A stretch of 32,000 bases of DNA from Pyrodictium abyssi (GTDB lineage: Archaea > Thermoproteota > Thermoprotei_A > Sulfolobales > Pyrodictiaceae): positions 1,290,001 to 1,322,000 of the forward strand of contig NZ_AP028907.1 in NCBI RefSeq assembly GCF_036323395.1, in the 5' to 3' direction. Below the pieces are notes generated by a model. The model searched no databases, was not told where the DNA came from, and saw nothing but the letters and a program-made list of their open reading frames with translations. Of this stretch, positions 16,674-24,630 are shown piece by piece. Each line of letters opens with the position of its first letter. Within the stretch, counting starts at the first letter, position 1. The position numbers and the translations under genes were made by a program.

Positions 16674-17437
16674 GCCCTCCTGGGCCGTAGCCCGGTGCGG
16701 CGGAGCAGCTCCTCCACGTGCCGGTAGAGTATCACGTACTCGGGGTCGATGTTCCCCGCGAGGGCTGGGTGTATGCGGCGTAGCCTCTCGCGTATCCTCT
16801 CGGCGCCGTGCTCGTCTGTGAAGCTGAGCATGACAGCTGGGTACACTTCCTCGCCGGGCTCTAGCCCGTAGGCTACTAGCAGCTCTAGCGCCCGGAGCTG
16901 GAGGCTCCAGGCCTCGGGCCGGGCGCCTGTGAGCATCGTGAACTCCTCGGGGCTCGTGCCCTTTATCGAGACACGCACCTCTATCCCCGCGCCGTGGAAC
17001 GAGGCTAGTCTACGGGCGTACTCCTCCCGGGCCCCTACGAGGATTCCGTTGGTCTCCAGCACGAAGCGGACACCCTCGGAGGTAACGGCCTCCATCACCT
17101 CGACGAGGTGGGTGAAGCCTAGCGTCGGCTCGCCGCCGCTCAGCCTAGCCTGCCTCACCCTTGCCCGCCGCGCCAGCTCGGTGAGCCTCTCCGCCGCCTC
17201 GCTGGGCGTGAGCAGCTCCCCGGCTCTGGGGTTGCCCCAGGTGAACCTGTAGGCCCAGCAGAACTCGCACCGGAGGATACAACCAACCACGTCACCCGTC
17301 ACTATGCCCCCGTACCACCGGTCCCGGCGGAACCTGTAGTAGCGGCGTAGCTGCACGCCGCCGCGCCAAGGCGCCACGACGGGCTCGAGCCTCTCCGCCA
17401 TCTTCACAGGGTCGTAGCCTCCCACGCTGCGGGCCAC
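16637..17437 (-). CDS. radical SAM protein, QueE/NrdG-activase-like small family
   Basis: CX3CX2C motif GCILRCEFCW, preceded by YYRFRRDRWYGGIVTGD. SAM-binding-like LSGGEPTL and VLETNG. SD GAGGTGG lies 10 nt upstream of GTG 17437. The 3' end overlaps the convergent glycosylase gene by 37 nt. Confidence 0.8.
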   Translation of the reverse strand: MARSVGGYDPVKMAERLEPVVAPWRGGVQLRRYYRFRRDRWYGGIVTGDVVGCILRCEFCWAYRFTWGNPRAGELLTPSEAAERLTELARRARVRQARLSGGEPTLGFTHLVEVMEAVTSEGVRFVLETNGILVGAREEYARRLASFHGAGIEVRVSIKGTSPEEFTMLTGARPEAWSLQLRALELLVAYGLEPGEEVYPAVMLSFTDEHGAERIRERLRRIHPALAGNIDPEYVILYRHVEELLRRTGLRPRRAYRPGEVPPELV

Positions 17438-17568
17438 GGCCCTGGAGCCACCTCGTATGACCTTATTCGCTCCCCGGGCGGGCCGCCGGAGGAGCGATGT
17501 GGCTGACCCTAATTGTGCCCGTTATTGTTCCGGCCGGGCGAGCCTCTTATTAGCATAGCATCCCCTGA

Positions 17569-17613
17569 GGGATGATAACTCTGGGGATGATTACTGCAGG
17601 GATTATTCGTTGA
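17569..17613 (+). repeat. 3 x 15-nt imperfect tandem repeat at the 5' edge of the ATPase gene
   Basis: Units are GGGATGATAACTCTG, GGGATGATTACTGCA and GGGATTATTCGTTGA, starting at 17569, 17584 and 17599 (exact 15-nt period). The first two units each carry an ATG. Confidence 0.8.
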
Positions 17614-17719
17614 CCGGGACCGGGAGCTTAAGGCCCTCCTGGACGAGGCGGCGGCGCCGGGGCTACGCATAGCAATAGTCTATGGCCGCCGGAGGATAGG
17701 CAAGACCTGGCTAGCGCGG

Positions 17720-18943
17720 ATGCTGCTACGCCGCGTGAACCGTGGGGTCTACGTGTTTATCCCGGAGGCTGAGGAGCGGCTACTCCTCCGGCTACTGCGC
17801 TCCAGGCTCTCCACGCTATGCGAGGGCCTCTCCGGCTCCTCGTGGGAAGGGCTGCTCACTGGCCTAGCGGAGTGCGCCGAGCAGCGGGGAGAACTGCTGC
17901 TCGTTATCGACGAGTTCCAGAGGCTAGGGCCGGGGTTTATCTCACACCTGCAGCTACTAGCCGACACGCTGCCCGATAGCCCGCTTAAGCTCGTCCTCCT
18001 CGGGAGCGCTGTGTCCGTAATAGACCGTATAGCCGGGGCCCTCGGGCCCCTCTACGGGCGCTGCGTACTGGTTAAGCTGGCCGGCTTCCGCTTCCTAGAG
18101 GCGTTCGTAATGCTACGGGAGAGGCTCGGCGCGTCACCGCTCCAGGCGTTCGAGACCTATAGCGTGTTCGGCGGCTCCCCGTACAACTTGTCGCTGGTCG
18201 AGACACTCGACTGGAGGAGGGAGGCGAAGAGGCATATACACAGCGTCTATGGCCGGCTCTACGAGGAGCCGCTCCACGTGCTCTCCTCCGAGACGAGGGA
18301 GCCGGGGGTCTACGCCTCGATACTCGAGGCTATAGCTCGGGGTAGGAGGAGCTTCAGCGAGATAGCCCAGGTAGTACACCGAACGAGCCTGGTGAAGTAC
18401 CTCGAGGTTCTCCGCAACCTAGGCATAGTGGAGCGCGTGGTCCCCGCGGGCGAGAACCCGCTCCGCACGAAGAAGGCGCAGTACGTCATAGGCGACCCGT
18501 TCTGGGACTATTGGTTCAAGATGGTGTACCCCCGGCGGGATGAGGCCGAGCTTAGCGGCGAGGTTGGCCTAGACGAGGAGGGGGTCAGGCTGCACATGTC
18601 TGAGTGGTTTGAGAGGGTAGCACGGGAGCTCGTGTCGAGGCTGTACGGGGTAAAGGCGTCGCCGTGGTGGAGCAGAGAGGTGGAGATAGATGTGATCGCG
18701 CCCACGTCCCGCGGCGCATACGTCTTCGAGATCAAGTATAGGGAGGTGGACTCCAGCGAGGCTGAGCGGCTTCTGAGAAGCCTAGAGGCGAAGACAACCA
18801 GGCTCCCCATGAAGATGGCCGGTGTGGGCCTCATAGCGCTCCGCGCCGAGCACCCTGGGGGAGACTACATAGTCATGGGGTTCGACGAGCTTGTAGAGGC
18901 TGCCCTGGCGAAGTCTAGCGTGCGTGTTGAGAGGCTAGCGTGA
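17720..18943 (+). CDS. archaeal ATPase (Arch_ATPase/ATPase_2) with DUF234-type C-terminus; 5' end anomalous
   Basis: The first canonical start in frame is ATG 17720. The same frame is open from 17591 and encodes the family N-terminus FVDRDRELKALL and Walker A IVYGRRRIGKTW upstream of that ATG. Walker B LLVIDEFQ, a wHTH-like segment (SFSEIAQVVHRTSLVKYLEVLRNLGIVERV) and a PD-(D/E)xK-like EIDVIA...FEIKY motif lie downstream. Confidence 0.7.
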   Translation: MLLRRVNRGVYVFIPEAEERLLLRLLRSRLSTLCEGLSGSSWEGLLTGLAECAEQRGELLLVIDEFQRLGPGFISHLQLLADTLPDSPLKLVLLGSAVSVIDRIAGALGPLYGRCVLVKLAGFRFLEAFVMLRERLGASPLQAFETYSVFGGSPYNLSLVETLDWRREAKRHIHSVYGRLYEEPLHVLSSETREPGVYASILEAIARGRRSFSEIAQVVHRTSLVKYLEVLRNLGIVERVVPAGENPLRTKKAQYVIGDPFWDYWFKMVYPRRDEAELSGEVGLDEEGVRLHMSEWFERVARELVSRLYGVKASPWWSREVEIDVIAPTSRGAYVFEIKYREVDSSEAERLLRSLEAKTTRLPMKMAGVGLIALRAEHPGGDYIVMGFDELVEAALAKSSVRVERLA

Positions 18944-19153
18944 GAGGGTATATGGGGCCGCGCTCTGCAGCTATGGTACCGGCTAGGCGCCCCTGGCGGG
19001 AATGAAGACCGGGCTACCAGCCCGGAGGCCCAAGGGCGGCCGGTGCGGAGGAAACCTCGGGGGCGACCCGCCGGGGCCAATGCGGGCGCCGCGTTTATCA
19101 GTAGAAGGCGGCGCAGACCGTGCCTTGGCAGGGAAGCGGGACTAGGGAAGCGG

Positions 19154-19531
19154 ATGTGCGGGGTGCTGCCAGGAGTGCCATTCCGTGTACGGGCCTGCAC
19201 CGGGTTCTCCGCCGCTCACCGCATCGAGGGGCACCCGCGCTGCGGTAGGATACACGGGCACAACTACCGGGTATGCATAGTGCTCCGCGAGGACAAGCCC
19301 ATGGGGATAGACCTGGACGAGCTCGAGGAGTGGCTCCACGAGAACGTCTTCAAGAGGTTTGACCACCAGTACCTCAACCGGCAGCTCGCCGGCGCCGGCG
19401 AGCTGCCGACGGTCACTAGCGAGGACCTGGCCAGGATGATAGCGGGCTGGCTCGAGGAGAGTTACCCGGGGAGGGTTGAGCTTGTCGAGGTCTGCGAGAC
19501 CCCCGAGCTCTGCGTCGAGTACATCCCCTAG
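19154..19531 (+). CDS. queD: 6-carboxy-5,6,7,8-tetrahydropterin synthase (QueD / PTPS family)
   Basis: FSAAHRIEGHPRCGRIHGHNYRV (Zn/His and Cys active-site pattern) and FDHQYLN. The ORF is open from 19043, but the extension is Arg/Gly-rich and non-homologous. ATG 19154 is chosen; GTG 19163 is also possible. Confidence 0.85.
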   Translation: MCGVLPGVPFRVRACTGFSAAHRIEGHPRCGRIHGHNYRVCIVLREDKPMGIDLDELEEWLHENVFKRFDHQYLNRQLAGAGELPTVTSEDLARMIAGWLEESYPGRVELVEVCETPELCVEYIP

Positions 19532-19538
19532 GCTCCGC

Positions 19539-20195
19539 GTGGTAGAGGTCTTCGCTAGCCTGCAGGGCGAGGGCCCCTTCACGGGGAGCCGTAGCGTCTT
19601 CATAAGGCTCGCTGGCTGCGATCTGCGCTGCCCCTTCTGCGACACCGTGTACAGCCTCGACCCTCGGGCCGGGAGGCCTGTGGACGTTGAGGAGCTGGCA
19701 AGAGTGGTCGAGGAGGAGAGGCCGAGCCTGGTCGTGGTCACCGGGGGCGAGCCGCTGCTACAGAGGAGGGGCGTCAACGAGCTAGCCAGGCTCCTAGCCG
19801 GGCGGGGGTACCGGGTCCAGCTCGAGACTAACGGCACACTCCCAGCACCAGAGCCGGGGGAGCCGCTCTACCAGGTGTACCACGTCGTCTCCCCGAAGGA
19901 CGTGCCAGTAGCCGTTGAGGGGGCTAGGCTCCACCCATCCTGGGTGGAGGCCTCGCGGTCCACGGGCAGGGTATGGTTCAAGTTCCTCGCCTCCAGCGAG
20001 GAGCATGTAGAAGCCGTGGCCAGGTATGTAGAGGAGAAGGGTATACCCTGGGAACGGGTCTACGTGATGCCTCTGACCAGGGAGGGCATGTCACCCGAGG
20101 AGCTGCTCGGGCTCCACAGGAGAGTGGCGAGACTAGCGCTGGACCACGGGTTCAACTTCAGCCCCCGGCTCCACCTTCTCCTCGGGCTCCGCTAG
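19539..20195 (+). CDS. queE: 7-carboxy-7-deazaguanine synthase (QueE), radical SAM
   Basis: EVFASLQGEGPFTGSRSVFIRLAGCDLRCPFCDT (QueE N-terminal signature with CX3CX2C), VVTGGEPLL, LETNGT. GTG 19539 is 7 nt after the queD stop and gives the canonical N-terminal length. ATG 19476 would overlap queD by 56 nt. Confidence 0.85.
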   Translation: MVEVFASLQGEGPFTGSRSVFIRLAGCDLRCPFCDTVYSLDPRAGRPVDVEELARVVEEERPSLVVVTGGEPLLQRRGVNELARLLAGRGYRVQLETNGTLPAPEPGEPLYQVYHVVSPKDVPVAVEGARLHPSWVEASRSTGRVWFKFLASSEEHVEAVARYVEEKGIPWERVYVMPLTREGMSPEELLGLHRRVARLALDHGFNFSPRLHLLLGLR

Positions 20196-20992
20196 CCACG
20201 GTAGACCGGGTAGCTGCCGAGCACGTGGAGGAACAGGCTCCGCGCCTTCGCCTCCTCCAGCGCCTCCGCGACGCGGTTGTCGAGCCTGCTACCCTCCAAG
20301 TCTATGTAGAAGTTGTAGTGCCAAGGCTTCCCCTGTATGGGCCGCGAGTATATCATCTTCAGGTTGACCCGGTGGCGGGCGAACGGCTCTAGGAACTTGT
20401 AGAGGCTGCCCGGCTCGTCGGGGAACGCCGCTATTATGCTCGTCCTCTCCGCGTTCTCCGGCTGGTCACGCCAGGCTAGCACTATGAACCTGGTGTAATT
20501 GGGGCCGTCCTCCAGCCCCTCGGCTATCACCTCCAGGCCGTACGCCTCGGCCGCGCGGCTGCTACAGACGCAGAGAGCACCCTCCTCGGCTGCCCGGCGG
20601 GCCGCATGGCTCGTGCTAGGCGTGGGGACAAGCTCGGCCCCGGGTGCCAGCTTCTCTAGGCTCCGCGCCGCCTCACGCAGCGCGTGAGGGTGGCCGTAGA
20701 CCTTTCCTGCGCCTCTGCGGCCCGCGAGGACCAGGGTTATCCTCATCTCCAGGGCCGCGTACACGTGGAGCATGGTAGTGGCGAGGTTGTCTAGGGTCTC
20801 GCCGACAGGGCCCTCGAGGCTGTTCTCCACCGGGGCCACACCGTAGTCTGCATCGTAGCTCTCTACCAGCTGGAACACCCTGGTTATGCTGCTGCAGGGA
20901 ACCAGCTCCGCCCCGGGGAACAGCTTCTCGGCCGCCATGTGTGTGAAGCTGTGCTCCGGGCCTAGGAAGGCGACGCGAACAATCACTCCCAC
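20192..20992 (-). CDS. pheA: prephenate dehydratase (PDT plus ACT domains)
   Basis: N-terminal VAFLGPEHSFTHMAA, then TRFIVL. The ACT region reads TSIIAAFPDEPGSLYKFLEPFARHRVNLKMIYSRP. The stop shares the tetranucleotide CTAG with the queE stop. Confidence 0.88.
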   Translation of the reverse strand: MGVIVRVAFLGPEHSFTHMAAEKLFPGAELVPCSSITRVFQLVESYDADYGVAPVENSLEGPVGETLDNLATTMLHVYAALEMRITLVLAGRRGAGKVYGHPHALREAARSLEKLAPGAELVPTPSTSHAARRAAEEGALCVCSSRAAEAYGLEVIAEGLEDGPNYTRFIVLAWRDQPENAERTSIIAAFPDEPGSLYKFLEPFARHRVNLKMIYSRPIQGKPWHYNFYIDLEGSRLDNRVAEALEEAKARSLFLHVLGSYPVYRG

Positions 20993-21138
20993 CCCCTAGC
21001 CCAACTCACGCTATGCGCAGCTACCCGGGGCCGGCCTCTATAACTGCTGCCCGGGGGCCGTGGCACCGGCTGACCACGGTCTATCGGAAAAGGTTTAGCC
21101 TGGCGAGACTATTCTTCGGGCATCCAGGTGCAGCAGCC

Positions 21139-22194
21139 ATGCAGACCAATGGGAAGAACACGACCGGCAGTAGTGAGCCAGAGAGGCACGACGTAGTCAT
21201 AGTGGGCGCTGGTATAGCGGGGCTTACTGCTGCCCTCTACCTCGCGCGGCAGGGTGTAGACGTGCTGGTCGTGAGCAGGGACTTGGGCGGCCAGCTCCTC
21301 CAGGCGCCACTGATAGAGAACTATCCGGGCATAGAGGCCATCAAGGGAGTCGACCTGGCAATGCGGGTAGAGAGGCAGGCCAAGACATTCGGCGCCAAGG
21401 TGAGGTACGGCGAACAGATAATCCGGGTAGAGAGGCTAGACGACGGCACCTTCCTGCTGGAGAGCAGCCGGGGCCGCCGCTACCACGCCGAGGTCGTGAT
21501 ACTCGCGTTCGGCAAGACCCCGAAGAGGATGGGTGTACCGGGCGAGGACGAGTACGACGGCCGCGGCGTGAGCTACTGCACTATCTGCGACGGGCCCCTC
21601 TACCGGGGCAGAAACACGGCCGTCGTGGGCATAGGCGACCAGGGCCTGGAGGCCGTTGCGCTACTAGCTGGGCTATGCCCCCGGGTTTACTACGTCACAC
21701 CCACCAAGCTCTTCGGCGACCCCGACCTCGTAGCCAGGGTCCGTGGAGCAGAGAACGTGGACATCCTGGAGAACCACGAGCCCGTACGCGTCCTGGGCGA
21801 TGGGCGCCGCGTCACAGGGCTAGTGGTGCGGGACAAGAAGACCGGCGAGGAGAAGACACTCGAGGTAGACGGGGTGTTCGTAGAGCTTGGCTACGAGGCT
21901 AAAACCGAGTTCGTAAAGCACCTCGTAGACCTAAACGAGAACGGCGAGATCATAACCGACAAGATGGGCAGGACAAAGACTCCAGGCCTCTTCGCCGCCG
22001 GCGACGTGACCGACATACCGTTCAAGCAGGCTGTGATCTCTGCCGGCGACGCCGCTAAGGCCGCTTTAGCCGCGTTCAACTACCTGCAGAAGAGGCGCGG
22101 CAAGAGCGTAGAGATACGGGGCGACTGGAAGAAAACCGGCGCCGTGAAGCCGAAGACACAGCTCCGCCTCGGCCTCAAGAAGAGGAAGGGATAG
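21139..22194 (+). CDS. thioredoxin reductase-like FAD-dependent disulfide oxidoreductase (atypical)
   Basis: FAD motif DVVIVGAGIAGLTAALY, redox-active CTICDG, and C-terminal FAD motif GLFAAGDV. The ORF is open from 21013. ATG 21139 gives the canonical N-terminus. A basic tail of about 35 aa is present. Confidence 0.8.
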   Translation: MQTNGKNTTGSSEPERHDVVIVGAGIAGLTAALYLARQGVDVLVVSRDLGGQLLQAPLIENYPGIEAIKGVDLAMRVERQAKTFGAKVRYGEQIIRVERLDDGTFLLESSRGRRYHAEVVILAFGKTPKRMGVPGEDEYDGRGVSYCTICDGPLYRGRNTAVVGIGDQGLEAVALLAGLCPRVYYVTPTKLFGDPDLVARVRGAENVDILENHEPVRVLGDGRRVTGLVVRDKKTGEEKTLEVDGVFVELGYEAKTEFVKHLVDLNENGEIITDKMGRTKTPGLFAAGDVTDIPFKQAVISAGDAAKAALAAFNYLQKRRGKSVEIRGDWKKTGAVKPKTQLRLGLKKRKG

Positions 22195-22198
22195 CCGG

Positions 22199-22654
22199 CT
22201 AGAGGCCCTCCTCTTTCCGTATCTTTTCCGCGTACTGCTCCGGGGTGAGCAGCTTCTCAAGCTCCTTCTCGTCGCTGATCCTTATCTTGAACATCCAACC
22301 CTCGCCGTAGGGGTCCTGGTTCACGAGCTCCGGCTCGTCGTAGAGCCGCTCGTTGACCTCGACGACCTCTCCCGAGACGGGCGCGTATATGTCGGCGGCC
22401 GCCTTCACGGACTCTATGCTGCCGACGGCCTCTCCCGCGCTGACGCTGGAGCCGGGCTCAGGCAGCTCGACGCCGACCACGTCGCGTAGCTTCTTCTGGG
22501 CGTAGTCCGTGATGCCTACTACCACTACGTCGCCCTCGCGCTTCACCCACTCGTCGCTCTCGGTGTAGAGCCTGTCCTTCAAGACTATGTAGTCGCCTAC
22601 ACGTATCTGGTCTGTCAACTCCCTGAACACACCCCGCCCGAGGGGATCCTCCAC
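22199..22654 (-). CDS. gcvH: glycine cleavage system H protein (lipoyl carrier)
   Basis: YTESDEWV...[11 protein letters not shown], then [24 protein letters not shown] (lipoyl-Lys motif ESVKA), then [14 protein letters not shown] start with an N-terminal extension of about 25 aa. Confidence 0.88.
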   Translation of the reverse strand: MEDPLGRGVFRELTDQIRVGDYIVLKDRLYTESDEWVKREGDVVVVGITDYAQKKLRDVVGVELPEPGSSVSAGEAVGSIESVKAAADIYAPVSGEVVEVNERLYDEPELVNQDPYGEGWMFKIRISDEKELEKLLTPEQYAEKIRKEEGL

Positions 22655-22735
22655 GCCCCCTTCTAGGGGCTGGGGTACACTAAAGACCTCCTGGGCTAGA
22701 CGGGTGCCCCCAGGCCGGCAGCGGGCTGGGAAGGT

Positions 22736-23422
22736 TTGAGGCGGCGAGCCCTCATCAACGGATGCAGCTCCAGGCGTCTCGTTGGCGCTGCTCTGCTTGC
22801 CGCCGTGCTGGCTGTACTCATTGTCCTGGAGTACCTTGGCCTACTCTCCGGCGTCGACTCCATGGTGTTCCAGGCCGTGGCCCGGCCAGGCCTCGTGGCT
22901 GCCGAGCTAGTGTCTGCCACAGCCAGTATACCAGCCTTCGCGGTGTACGCGGTAGCGCTCCTAGCGTACGATGCGGCTAGGCGCGGCAGGGTGAGCCTAG
23001 GGACAGTCTCGCTAGGAGTATCCCTGGCCGTGGCCATGGTTCACGTGGCTGTGTTGAAGGCCTCCCTGCAGGTGCCTCGGCCCGGGGAGCAGCCGCTCCA
23101 CCAGCCGCTCCTGGAGGCCCTCATGGCCGCCGACTACTACGCCTTCCCCTCGGGCCACACGGCGCGAGCCGTGGTAGCAGCGTACTACCTGTCCAGGGGC
23201 AGGAGGGGCCCGGCAAGGCTGGCTCTCTGGGCCTGGGCGCTAGCAGTAGCCGCTAGCCGGGTGCTGCTAGGTGCGCACTGGTTCAGCGATGTAGCAGCCT
23301 CTGTGGTGCTTGGCCTCTTCGTAGCGCTTGTCGTCGAGTGCACGGCCCCGGTCTGGCTCCGGGTGTACAATGCTACGCTTGGCAGAATCGAGGTTCTCCG
23401 GCCAGCCCCTGCAAAGCGTTGA
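22736..23422 (+). CDS. PAP2-family membrane phosphatase
   Basis: All three PAP2 motifs are present: KASLQVPRP (KX6RP), FPSGHTA (PSGH) and [14 protein letters not shown] (SRX5HX3D). Multiple TM helices. TTG start. Confidence 0.8.
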   Translation: MRRRALINGCSSRRLVGAALLAAVLAVLIVLEYLGLLSGVDSMVFQAVARPGLVAAELVSATASIPAFAVYAVALLAYDAARRGRVSLGTVSLGVSLAVAMVHVAVLKASLQVPRPGEQPLHQPLLEALMAADYYAFPSGHTARAVVAAYYLSRGRRGPARLALWAWALAVAASRVLLGAHWFSDVAASVVLGLFVALVVECTAPVWLRVYNATLGRIEVLRPAPAKR

Positions 23423-23478
23423 CCTATTCCGTTTATCATACAGGCCGCTGCGTGGAGAAGAGCGCTCCGCCGGGGAAC

Positions 23479-23488
23479 CCTATAAAAT
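23479..23488 (+). promoter_or_regulatory. TATA box (CCTATAAAAT) upstream of nuoA
   Basis: Strong consensus-like TATA about 80 nt upstream of the nuoA start, within a 142-nt intergenic region. Confidence 0.55.
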
Positions 23489-23564
23489 CCCTCTAGAGCG
23501 GGACACTAGTCAGTGACGCGTCCAGGCGACATCAAGACAGCTGCTGACCGCCACAGCGGGGGCC

Positions 23565-23936
23565 GTGGCCATGTACGACGCCATTGTGGCTATGGCTGTG
23601 GTTCTCGTCGTTGTTCCCCTCACCCTGCTTCTCGTGTACGGGTTCCTTTCGCGGGCTACTAGGGGCCCGGGGCATGTCTACAAGAGGCTCCGATTCGAGG
23701 CCGGTAACCCGCCCCGCGGGGCTGCACGAGTACCGACTATATACCAGTACTTCGGCTATATAATGATATTCGTGGCGCTTGACCCGATATTCATGCTCCT
23801 CTTCGTCCTACCCGCCGCCGGGAGCCAGTGGCACAAGATAATACTCCTAAGCATGGCCTCGGTGGCAGCCATACTCCCGCCGGTAGTCTACGCCACAAGG
23901 TATGCCCGGCGGCGGGAGTACTGGAGCCTCAACTAG
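23565..23936 (+). CDS. nuoA: NADH-quinone oxidoreductase subunit A (ND3-like)
   Basis: Three TM helices. FEAGNPP corresponds to the conserved (Y/F)ECG loop region, followed by YFGYIMIFVALDPIFMLLF. GTG 23565 or ATG 23571. Confidence 0.8.
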   Translation: MAMYDAIVAMAVVLVVVPLTLLLVYGFLSRATRGPGHVYKRLRFEAGNPPRGAARVPTIYQYFGYIMIFVALDPIFMLLFVLPAAGSQWHKIILLSMASVAAILPPVVYATRYARRREYWSLN

Positions 23937-23952
23937 AGGAGGGCGTGCAGTC

Positions 23953-24585
23953 ATGGCCTACGGGGATTGGCGGCGCGGGCTCATACTCGTAGGCAGCCTA
24001 GAGGAGGCCGCTGAGCGGGCCGCACGCTGGCTCGTCGAGAAGACGCCTATAAGGACGCTGCGCGACTGGGCCACCAGCTTCAGCCTCTGGCCCGTGCACC
24101 TCACCACCAGCTGCTGCGGAGCCGAGTTCGCCGCCCTCTACGCCCCGAAGTACGACGCTGAGAGGCTGGGTAGTCTCCCCTTCACACACGCCCGTAACAC
24201 AAACCTGATACTCATAGAGGGGACGCTGACGAGGAAGATGGCGCGGGTCGCGCGCGTGACGTGGGAGCAGATGCCCTGGCCAAAGTTCGTCATTGCTATG
24301 GGGGCGTGCGCGTTCACTGGCGGCCTGTTCTACAACAGCTACAACATAGTCCTTGTACAGGACGTGCTCCCCGTCGACTACTATGTGCCGGGCTGCCCGC
24401 CGCCGCCCGAAGCAGTGGCCGATGCACTGATAAAGCTCCAGCGCAAGGTGCGGGAGGGCCGTTGGAGGCCTCGCGACGTCGAGGATAAGAGGAAGCTAGA
24501 GGAGCTGATGCAGCCTCTATACCGGGAGGCCGGGGACTATCAGCGAGCCGTAGCGGAGTGGAGGCGCCGTATCGAGGAACTGTAG
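23953..24585 (+). CDS. nuoB: NADH-quinone oxidoreductase subunit B (20 kDa, N2 cluster)
   Basis: SLWPVHLTTSCCGAEF, GACAFTGG and VPGCPPPPEA provide the cluster-N2 Cys ligands. The ORF is open from 23902, where it would overlap nuoA, so ATG 23953 is chosen. A helical C-terminal tail of about 45 aa is present. Confidence 0.9.
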   Translation: MAYGDWRRGLILVGSLEEAAERAARWLVEKTPIRTLRDWATSFSLWPVHLTTSCCGAEFAALYAPKYDAERLGSLPFTHARNTNLILIEGTLTRKMARVARVTWEQMPWPKFVIAMGACAFTGGLFYNSYNIVLVQDVLPVDYYVPGCPPPPEAVADALIKLQRKVREGRWRPRDVEDKRKLEELMQPLYREAGDYQRAVAEWRRRIEEL

Positions 24586-24630
24586 GCCGGGGGACTGTCC
24601 TGCTGCACGCTGATGACCGGGCAAAGACGG

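Noticed and set aside
19045-19060. GGAGGAAACCUC, reminiscent of the RNase P RNA CR-I motif (GAGGAAAGUCC). GC-rich flanks vaguely resembling SRP RNA.
   Set aside because: The motif deviates at the invariant GUCC. The free region is only about 210 nt. I could not find the other conserved RNase P or SRP helix 8 elements (for example GGAA/AGCA loops). This is kept only as a generic structured-leader candidate.
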